Below are positions 54,701 through 64,000 of a stretch of DNA of 64,000 nt, one piece after another; position 1 is the first letter of the stretch; the number at the start of each line of letters is the position of its first letter. The translations under genes were made by a program, and so were the position numbers. The stretch is from assembly GCF_902652985.1 (NCBI RefSeq), contig NC_047024.1, forward strand, positions 3,410,001 to 3,474,000, in the 5' to 3' direction. Under the pieces are notes generated by a model. That model was not told the DNA's origin, searched no databases, and saw only the letters and a program-made list of their open reading frames with translations. The stretch comes from Pecten maximus. Its lineage: Eukaryota.

Positions 54701-57700
54701 ATAAGACAGGTATGCATTGTTCTTCCTTGTCCATGCATGTAAAACGTTCCCGGTAAATGACGATCACGCGATGTTTCCTCTTATACAAAGTGTAGTCTTT
54801 AAAATGGAGAAATGTTTTAGAGTACTACATTTTTTGTTATCTTCTATACATGGAGTAAATGTTAACATTTATACAAGACAGTTGTTATTTTATTTAAACG
54901 TTATAAAGTCTGCTGAGGTATTCTACAAAGGCTGCCGTATCATCGCCTGTATGGCCCTTTAACGAGAACCCGCTGAACGCTTTACCTGAGCCGGCGCATA
55001 ATACACTCGCACGCATGTTCTGCATAGAAATGTCGCCGTAGCGTTATATGAAATAAAACTTACGACAGTTCAGACTGTCGAGGAACCCTGACAAGATGTA
55101 GAGAAACTCCACCCAAAACTCCGATGTTAATTTGTGAAATGCATGATGTAGGATTGTGCAGGTCTGTCCTACTATGCTCACAGCTGTGTGCAGCGGTTAT
55201 CAGGAAATTGGTTTTTAAATTTACAGCTTATATCTTGTTGTTTAGAACTAAATTTACCAACATAATAGACTCTCGTAAATTTATTTTATGAACGGGATGA
55301 TATAAAAATTGAATTTAAAATCGCAGCAAACCATTGAGTGCGTTAAATTGGTTTATAAAAGCAAAGGCTCTCGCAATCATTGTGATTTCTATTTTTGCGC
55401 TTCCCCGCTTAAATTGTACTACTCTTCAAAATGGGTTTCTATTCTAGGAGAATTCAAACTTTTGATAACAGAGCCAAAGCGTTTTTTGTTTTTGTTTTTT
55501 TTTATATCAAATTATGTGCCGGATAAATTCCAATTGAAGGCTTCATTACTTCCAGATTTTAACTATTTATATTTATTTAATCAAAGGACTATTTTTCATA
55601 GCTTCCTCCCCTTCGTACTAATCACATCCTAGTTTTTATAATCTAGGAATATCACATTACAGACGGGCATGTTTTCAATTAACAAACCAAATTTCTGTTA
55701 CGTGTTCCCTTGTCTGGCATTAGGGGGACGACCGTTTCTGTTATGCGTTACAAGCTAGTGTGGTAGTAACCATTTCAACTGAAAGTTTTGTGGTTTTAAA
55801 AATCTTAAAATACATTCCAAACCAGTACTGTTTATGCATTAGCTTTTAATTGATAACGTCAAAATATGATTCCAAGCCCTTAATGTATTTGACAACCACC
55901 TTGTTGAAAAGATTTCATTATTAGCTCGTCTTTGAATGACCCACATGTAGGTGTCTGTAAAAAGCTATATCTAATCCAAGCAAATCCCCATATGTCGTCT
56001 GTACATGCAGAAATGTTTACACAACAAATGTGAAAATAAATCTCTTAAATTTAAACGAAATGTCTTGTTGAAGGCAAAATTAAACGGCAACAAAGCCATA
56101 AACACTCACCAACTCTAACGTTCTGAATAATGTCTCGTGAAAATATGTTTTATAAACGAAAACATTGACATATTTGATAACATATTTGAACGTGTTTCTA
56201 TGTTCTTCAAACGCCGCGCTATAGTTTAAAATTATGCATACATTGGCAAAGAATTGTAGCTGTTTGGAGTGAATAAACTAGGATGTATACAGTGAGGATT
56301 TCACACGAACTTACATAAAGGAAATGCTAAGTTATGTTCATGGAATCCTACTTGCAGTGAATGCATAGCGTATGTTTTGCACTGTTGATTTTCGTGCACG
56401 AAAGCACAAGAATAAAATTTATGGGAGTGAAGTAGTCCATTTAAATCTCAGGGCTGTTTGATCATGTTACTGTATCATAGGAAACTATCATGCTTTAGAA
56501 GCATCCTTATACAGTATCAAAACCTCGTCTCGACTGACAGGTTTTATGTCGGTAGTTACCTTTATAACCAACCATCCCAATTTTTAAAATTGTTTGTTAA
56601 TTATGACCAGAATAACGAGAGAAAGAGCCGAATCATTCTTTAAAATTGGACCCTAATTTTTTTTTCTTTTGTAGGCGGACGGTCAGGATCATGAACATAT
56701 GATCATCACTTGAGCATTCGCCAAGCTTTCAAATTTACATTAAATATGTTTTCTTTTGGATTGTCCTTAGAATGATACTAGGTGTTGACAAATGTTGTGC
56801 AATGAGTATGCTGACAATGATGATAGAAACGAAACTATCCAACTAACAACACCAGAATGGTGTTTATCACCTGTAAGTTACCTGGTGATAGGGGGGTCTA
56901 CAGTCACAATATACCACTGATAATACACCCCACCCTTCCCATTCAATAACTTTCTTATCTAAGACAAAAGGTCCCTGAGTTCTCTCGTGTAAACATTGTG
57001 GCCTGCAAGTGTTGTTATCGCTTCCGATACCGCGCTATCATTTCACCCTAATTATACATACTAAACACTTCCCGAGCACTCTCATAGCGCTAAGACTCCG
57101 TATCAATTAAACCTGGATGACATAGAGTGTATACAAAAAGGGATGAGGATTATCAAACATAAAAGGTTTCTTAAATTCCTGGAATTACTCGGTACAATTA
57201 GAGTTATATAACAACACAATTATGAACCGTTTATAAGGATCATCTTTATACAACGACGTATATACATTGTACGATTAAGACAATTGACGACCCTTGATAA
57301 GCTACATAACTACCCTAAAATGACGCGGCGTTATGAAGCAGTATTATTGTTTACGTCTAAATTGTAACAAAGGACTTGAGGAATGTGTATTCCTCTTTCA
57401 ATATTTAAGTTTTAACGTCTACTGTGCTTTTTTAATTTTTCTCATATGTACCTAATTATTTTCATATATAGAAAATAACCGATGTCAATAATTCCTAATA
57501 AATATTTTATTCTTGATTTAAAAATACTTACTGTCAAACGTATAACAAAGGACCAGGTACTAGTTGTAACAATATATCTATGGCTTAGCCTGACAAGCTA
57601 GCAATTGGCGGAAAAAATCTATAAAAGTATCTAAATGTATCAAATGCCATATCCAACTAAAATGAATATTGTATGTTATATAAATATAATTATTACAATA

Positions 57701-58715
57701 AAATGGTATATAATAAATCTATATTTTGATCAATGATACCTAAATTTATGGGTTATGTCAAAGAAATATCATTTATAACCCACAGTGAATTAATTAACAG
57801 TATGTAGAGTACAGACATATGTCATACAGATTTAGAGCTATCTATTACACAAATGGATATCCTACATTTTATAACATGATTTATAGTATATAGCAAGGCA
57901 AATTGATCGATGAATTTAAAAGAAGAAAAATGCGTCCGCTTTACTTCCTTTAGAAAACCCCGTTCTACACAGGCCGCTAATGTCCCTTGGAACAAACATA
58001 AAGGAGGATATTTATAGAGCTTCATTATCAAATCTTTTGGAAGGATTATGAATATCGAATTAATAATTTGTAAGGACACAATTTAAACAGTGACGCCCAC
58101 TAAATAAAAAGCATTTTAATGTTAATATTGTATATAGCATTGAATCAATAGACTTTGTGCGAAAACATTTTCTTTGGCAATTGAAAAAAAGTATGTTACT
58201 GTATGTAGTACAAACAAGATGTGTTTTTAATGTACGAGGAATGGAAAATGGAAAACAAAGTAGACAATGGCACGTTCTGAATACAACACGAAAGCCCCAC
58301 CGAGTAAAGTATGTAATAGTTCACAAAAGGATATTTGCGTGAAAGATCTCATAACCTGCTCCTACCTCTTACCAGACATGATCGTTCACATTCCAACTTC
58401 ATCAAATTACAACTCGGAGGTGAAAAACAGCCTGGGCGACTTTCAAAATGTATTTCAAGGGGCTTTATCTGTATGGTTTGTCATTTTAAAGCTCTATATT
58501 TCCATTTTTAGACAGATTATGGAGAGTTCAGAATACATCAAATTATTAGAATACATCAAACAAATTGAGGAAATTCGCCATGAAATGTTAGGAGAGTTCT
58601 GACCGAGAGAGAATGTGACATTGTACTTTAGATGCCTACTCTACTCACCATTGGCTAACGCCAGCCCGATCCCCAGGTACACAAGAAGACACGACTTCCA
58701 CGTTCGGCCCGCCAT
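36505..58715 (-). CDS. Spliced gene (10 coding exons, 534 aa): secreted protein with signal peptide + 2x F5/8 type C (discoidin) domains + C-terminal F-type-lectin-like domain (lactadherin/EDIL3-like annotation class)
   Basis: Exons 58649-58715, 51127-51332, 45011-45133, 44686-44824, 44288-44428, 41923-42095, 38368-38512, 37736-37783, 37188-37469, 36505-36785. All introns are GT-AG with matching phases and the total is 1605 nt ending in TGA. Discoidin motifs: PLGM..I.DWQ.TASS, WCA, EWL.IDLG, VTGV..QGR, WVTSF..SYS, GN.D, ARY..F, W....SMRVE..GC, present twice. Confidence 0.9.
37188..37469 (-). CDS. Exon 9: F-type-lectin-like domain first half (ENLAYKK...ASRAVDG...CT...NPIWTVDIG)
   Basis: Acceptor ctcttgtag, donor gtaagt. 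NLA..K, A.RAVDG and NP.W.VD.G motifs typical of the FTP/fucolectin fold. Confidence 0.88.
37736..37783 (-). CDS. Exon 8: 48-nt Cys-bracketed linker exon (GCGDAFMRVNEDTPC)
   Basis: Acceptor catacag, donor gtaagt, phase 1/1, open frame. Confidence 0.8.
38368..38512 (-). CDS. Exon 7: discoidin domain 2 end (LFGGNSD...ARYIRFHPLEWHGKISMRVGLYGC)
   Basis: Translated by hand (not in ORF track). Acceptor tatttcag, donor gtatgt, classic ARYIR.HP..W...ISMR..LYGC motif. Confidence 0.93.
40230..40682. repeat. Intronic minisatellite, 27-bp unit, ~16 copies
   Basis: ggtgattggagagttataatgacgtat. Confidence 0.95.
41923..42095 (-). CDS. Exon 6: discoidin domain 2 middle (NEWLQVDVG...HWVTRYRISYSND...)
   Basis: Acceptor tttctattattag, donor gtatgt, EWLQVD motif. 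Confidence 0.92.
42087..42223. repeat. 69-bp-period tandem duplication spanning the exon 6 splice acceptor
   Basis: attcgttagctaa(t/a)aatagaaagtcgtaattatctcgttaaatactatagatacactgtacccggtac x2. Confidence 0.95.
43820..44222. repeat. TG-rich low-complexity / (TGTGT)n-like microsatellite
   Basis: tgtgttgtgttatgtgttg... Confidence 0.95.
44288..44428 (-). CDS. Exon 5: discoidin domain 2 start (CKEYIGLPPYGRITASS...GWCAKHSN)
   Basis: Acceptor cttttggcag, donor gtgagt, phase 1/1. Confidence 0.92.
44686..44824 (-). CDS. Exon 4: discoidin domain 1 end (VLEGNTD...ARYVKFH...SMRVEVQGCQ)
   Basis: Acceptor ttacag, donor gtgagt, SMRVE..GC motif. Confidence 0.93.
45011..45133 (-). CDS. Exon 3: discoidin domain 1 middle (VTGVMVQGRGDGKEWVTSFKVSYS...)
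   Basis: Acceptor ttacag, donor gtaagt, phase 0/0, QGR and WVTSF motifs. Confidence 0.93.
46014..46200. repeat. Minisatellite, 21-bp unit, ~8 copies
   Basis: aaatcgatattgtattatttc. Confidence 0.9.
47557..48615. repeat. Intronic minisatellite, 34-bp unit, 31 near-identical copies
   Basis: actggtatggttagaacacagcgtattacacgag. Confidence 0.98.
50019..50260. repeat. Diverged minisatellite, ~50-bp unit, ~5 copies
   Basis: ttatcatttaactctaaaacaaaacctcaatattacgaactctgtccaac. Confidence 0.88.
51127..51332 (-). CDS. Exon 2: N-terminal part of discoidin domain 1 (CTKIGPLGMITG...EWLKIDLGVAAR)
   Basis: Acceptor tgtgttttag, donor gtaagt, F5/8C motifs. Confidence 0.93.
52868..53155. repeat. Diverged minisatellite, ~52-bp unit, ~6 copies
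   Basis: tagatgatatttataccactgacattttaaattcatttttgtttgtttcta. Confidence 0.85.
58649..58715 (-). CDS. Exon 1: start codon and signal peptide MAGRTWKSCLLVYLGIGLALAN
   Basis: ATG at 58715, basic n-region, hydrophobic core, A-L-A cleavage motif. Phase-1 donor G|gtgagt matches the phase-1 acceptor of exon 2. Too short for the ORF track. Confidence 0.8.
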
Positions 58716-59837
58716 CTACAATGTAAACACCAATAATATCCAATATCGAAATCCCGTAAAAATCAAACTTGAGACTTAATGTCGTGATACACCACACCGA
58801 ATATGTTTGGTTTCACATCGGGTTCGAGTAAAATCCAACGTGTCACAAAGCAAGGAGATTATGGAACTGTGGAAGGGGACCAACACGGGCCTCACATCTG
58901 CCAACAGCTATTTAAATCAAATAACACAAGTTATAAGAAATCCACAGAAATATTTTGGTTTTCGTTTGGTAAATCCTGATGTGAATCTAATACAACACGC
59001 CACTAACACAATGTGGTTACATACTGTAAACTCCGAGGCTGTACTCTAACACACAAAATCTCAATTTTTTCTCCTTTTTTCTTTTTATCAATTAAACACA
59101 CGAAAAAACACACGATGATGTTTTCTTATTAATCCTCAAATAAGACGTTTTCGCCTTAATGTAATCGATTTCACAAATAAACACTAGTTCCACGTAGCGG
59201 TAGGGTAGGTGGCCGAGGTAAATCCCGAACGCGTCTGCTCTTCTCGCCGGCTTACTTATACATTAGTGATGATCAACAGAGAACGCCTCGCGCCGTACAG
59301 GTAGAGCCAGCCATGCGGTGTTATAAAGGTGGTCGACACAGGTAAAAGCTCTCATACACCATGGGACAGTAGGACTACCTTACATATTTTATTGGTATGC
59401 TATACTCTAGTACATTAGTTATAACACCTGTAAAACTAATATCTAAAATTAATTTGAACCCCTGAGATTAATTCTTTGTAAAATGTTACTAACAAAAATT
59501 GATGTTCAAATTGTATTTTTTCTCATTCAAAACTGGATGTCTCAATATCATCTATCTGTTGAGTGATTTAATTGCATCACAACAGTCTGGTGCACCAAAT
59601 GTTTATCTTAATTTGTTTTTCGTAAATTCAACAACATCATCAATATCGTGTTATGTCCTATTACAAAATGTGACAACACGCAAGTACGGCTCTCTCCCGT
59701 TTTCAAATACTTATTTATTTGTTCTTCAAATGATATACATTATAGACTAATGTATGCAAATTTTAATCAGATTGAGGGATTAATAGGGCTGTCATACTAT
59801 CTTAACGAAAGTCCCAGATATACCTCAATCGTGTACT

Positions 59838-60110
59838 TAATAAACCGTGATATCTCTGTGGACTTTGAACCATTTATTCTTTTGTAAACTTGATAAACTG
59901 TAATATCTCTTTGGACCATTCATTCTTTTACATACTTGATAAACTGTAATATCTCTTAGGACAATTTATTCTTTTGTAAACTTGATAAACCGTAATATCT
60001 CTTAGGACAATTTATTCTTTTGTAAACTTGATAAACTGTAATATCTCTTTGGACCATACATTCTTCTATACTTAATAAACTCTAATATCGCTAAGGACTT
60101 TTTATTCTTG
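59838..60110. repeat. Diverged minisatellite, ~45-bp unit, ~6 copies
   Basis: cttgataaactgtaatatctcttaggacaatttattcttttgtaaa. Confidence 0.85.
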
Positions 60111-63100
60111 CACAACTGTGAGCAATGTGTTACATTTACATATCGCGCCTATCGTGGTTGAGTAACGACTATATTTTCCAGAGAAATGACAAACTCGCTA
60201 TTATTTCTTCATGTGATGAAATAGTGTTTTGGAATCATACCTTGATCATGTTTTTGTTGTGCATTGTTAACATTAGATTCATATGGCGATCTGGTATTTT
60301 TTTGTTAAATTCTTTCTTAAACCCGCATTTTTCTTGTTTTATTACTAGCCAACATTACACCCCATACCTGTTTCAGACGATGCAACTATCAGCGGGGTCC
60401 AATCACGCCTCTATTTCGATGATGTAATGAGAACTATTTTAGACGTTTTATATAGTTGAGATGTTTGTTTTTAATTCTCTAGATTAATACCATGTTCCAT
60501 ATGGTACATTTCACGCCTTGTGCCCCTCATTACATCTGATGCCACTGGGCCTGATTGCTCGCCAGGTCTGTGTTTCTCAGAGGGGTGTAGGAATCACGCT
60601 CTCACAGACGCTTTAGTGAAGCATAATGAACGATATGTTATTAATTAACTCGCATCCAAATAGGGTACAGGATGGCATTAGTGAATGTTAGATAAACAAC
60701 ATAATACAGGCCGAGATTGATTTCAAAAACAACTCCACAATCTAAACACTCGGGGACAAAGCAATGTTGATACGGAAGTTATAACAAGAGCTGAAGAGAC
60801 AGTAAGCCAAACCGGAAATACGTCACGAGCACAACGTGCCGAGGGAGGCGCAAAAAATAGTTTATCATGCTGTTCAAAGTTATTTCAAAAAATATATTTT
60901 TAACTATATTATTTTTTATAAATAAAAGACTAAAATGCCAAGCATTGCTATATAGTGTTATCGCTATGTTGTGTAAATATTTAACATGAATTAATTTATT
61001 TACCCCATGGGGCGTTCAGACTGAATGGTTGTCCTTGATAATGACACTTTAGTAGTTAAGGACGTATGACAAAGGTGAAATTACGCGATCTCTCGAACAC
61101 CAAATCCGCTTTTATTTACCATCAGCATCGACTATCATAAAAATATAGAAAACACTTACAGAAAATGGAAACATAGTTTTATAAATCAAAATAAAATCAA
61201 TCGGTTTCAATTGAGATCTTGCTATGTTGGCACTCGGTTTAAAAATGTGACAGTGTAAAGTTGTGTACAAGTCATACACATGTAATTACATAAAGATCCA
61301 TAGACGCAATGTGTGCAGAATGATAATTCTATGAATACCATTCGCATAAGGTCAATACGTTTCTTTAAGTCTTTACATACAAAATACCTGTGGTTTTATG
61401 TATAAACATGTTTAACGTAGAAGACAACAGTAAGAACGGCCGACAGGTAAGCTGGAGCACCTGTCTGATGTATTCACCTACATACACTGACAGTAGGGCT
61501 CGGGAGGGTGGAGTTGGCGGGTTCTCAGCCACGCCCAAGTCGTATGATGCTCCGATCATCCTCTGGCTTATGTTTCGGGAGTAAAGGGGATTGAAACTAA
61601 ACATGAACATTGAACAATGACCAGAAGTGCCGCTTACAAAGAGTTTTGGACACAGCTGATGTGTTGACGATCTAGGTAATTTTCAAACCCAATATTTAAT
61701 ATGTTTACCACACAAAGAGCGGGAACGGCTGCATTCCCGTGCTCAGTGGACCGTGTCACTTCGACACGGCGCAGCTCCGAGTCGACAAGGCTGAGGTGCG
61801 CAATCTGATAACATCTATGATTACGCTCGTTATTGGTGCAAAACGCAAATTTATTCAAGAATTTCTTTCAACATCCTTTGGATGTATTTTCTAAATAGTA
61901 TACAAAGACGCACATCTTTCCTGGGTTGGAGAAATAAATATGTGCGACTGCAAACAGAATGTCGATTTACAAACCCGCATCATCTATAAACACGTGGTAT
62001 ATAATAAAATCATTTCTCGCCAATGTCAAACATTACTCCTCAATCAAGAAAGTTCAAAAGACACAGGAATCTATATCAACAAAAAAACTGTTTTGACAAA
62101 CCTATTTTCTTAATTGGTCAATCTAAGAATGTTCTACTCTTACTCTGACAGAATTTCGATTCTATGCTCTCGCCTCGTCAAATCAAACATTTGTTTTACG
62201 ATGTTTAAGTTAATGCATCAACTTGTTTGTGACAAGCAACAGTAAATCTGCAATATTAATAAATTTATCCCAACCATCCAGCATGTAAACATGTCTATAT
62301 AGACACAAATCTGTTAAAATATACATATTAATAGATTATTTATATTCTATAAAAATTAAACGTGTCTTTTAAAACGAATTTCCACGACAGGCGTGTTTTT
62401 GCTTCATTTTGTCAAGTCTGAAATGATCCAAACAAGATATAGAGCGCATTCCTAAGCGTAGATTTAGGACACGATTCACAACACCAAGGCAAATTTGCAT
62501 ATATGTTGAAGAGAGACGATAAAATTATAAAAGTTTTAAAGAACAACATTAGCCATGAATACTGATGTACTAGAAATATACAAGGTGTCCGTTTGTACCA
62601 GTCTACATTCCGCAGCTGTTCACTAATGTTCTCTCATCCTACACAAAGAGCAGAGATGCACATGGAAGATTTATACTGGGGATTAACACTGCTTCGTCCT
62701 TATAAGTTTAAAAAAAACCTGTACATGTTTCCGCTCTACACATAACAGCAAAATATGGACCCAACGTTTTCATAAAATAAATACTGAGTAAATGTGGACA
62801 TCGAAAGAACATCAAAACAAAAAGAAACAACAATACAAGTGCTTACAGAAAGTGTATTTTTACTTCAGTTTTTCCATTAGTTGTTAATGATCGAGATTCA
62901 CAACCAAGTTAGAAAGGAACCAATACGAAATGCGAATCAAATGGATACCCAAAGACAGGTAGTGCACTTTTAAACTGATAAACGATCATTAAGGTAAGTT
63001 GTTGGTTGGTGTCACAGCCAGAGGATACATTGTAAGACATCTCATACACCCTTGTGAATATTAATGGCCCTCGGAGGATGTTTCACGGCGTATGAATTTT

Positions 63101-64000
63101 AAAATTCACACCTGAAAGAACCATCAGAAGATCTTCATCTTTTATTACAGCCACGAAACTGTATAGCTACATAATACCTATCTTAGCGCATCGTTGTGTG
63201 ATTATGTTACAAGTCCTTATAGGGCAGTGAATGCTGAGGTAAAACCACACATAGGGGCCACTCAGGGGACGTCTAAATTATTCTTTTTGGTCGTTAATTT
63301 TGTAATATCTGAAAACGAAGACAATAGTTTGAGACAGAAATAAATGACTTCCTGTATTTAAGGTCGTCATTGAACCTTCTTGTCTTTTTATGGTTTTAGA
63401 ATGAAGATGACTTCTTTCTTCTACTTTGACATATTCCATCCTTTCTTGATTAAACTCTATCTGTCATCTGCATTCGCTGCATTTAATGAGGATGTTTTGG
63501 TGTAATTATCGACCTTGGATGACTGAGGTGTACCACGGCGCCATACCTTAATACATCAGTACGTATTACGAGAGGTAAAAAAAAACTCCCGTCCAGCACG
63601 GTCGTCATTCATCAAAACTTCTCTGGTCTGTTCTTAGTTCCTCGAGTATCAAGAGGTTATGCCATGTGCCATATAAAGCCCCCCTACTTCCCCTTGTCAC
63701 AATGAATGCATTCTGGAGAAGTTATTTTCTACATATGAAATTGCTAATGTTATAAATGCTTTCAAAGGTAATAGAAGTAGCTTGTGGTGTATTACTAGAG
63801 AAGATAAAACTCGTTACTGATTCAAATAATTTGAATTTCCATAACTTTTATCAGAATGACTATGCCGAGTAATATACCAGGAAACATTTTAGTTATGACT
63901 AACTACTGCAGTTATATATCAGTCCTGTTTATAAAGATTAAATTTTTATTTGCTTCTTTATACCGTAGTTTGGAATATGTTCTTTAAAAGGTTTTGTTGA

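Noticed and set aside
59251-59260. TATAAGTA on the minus strand as the TATA box of the discoidin gene
   Set aside because: Weak match with no initiator motif, in an AT-rich background. It cannot be supported without TSS data.

Overview
AT-rich eukaryotic genomic DNA, probably from a bivalve mollusc. That assignment is an inference from a bivalve-type tRNA-derived SINE and the minisatellite density. One complete spliced gene can be reconstructed on the minus strand: 10 coding exons over 36505-58715, 1605 nt, 534 aa. It encodes a secreted protein with a signal peptide, two F5/8 type C (discoidin) domains and a C-terminal non-canonical F-type-lectin-like domain. About 20 unrelated tandem arrays fill much of the rest, and the long ORFs in the ORF track are artefacts of these arrays. 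The most notable element is at 10725-11329: a head-to-tail array whose 49-nt unit is entirely a minimal hammerhead ribozyme (stem I hairpin, CUGANGA, stem II hairpin, GAAA, palindromic stem III, GUA cleavage triplet). Intact, mutated and core-deleted units are interspersed. Smaller observations include a possible decayed second hammerhead-like 49-nt array, a P-element-like excision footprint, and a duplicated splice acceptor that would create a poison isoform. There is one 168-nt assembly gap.
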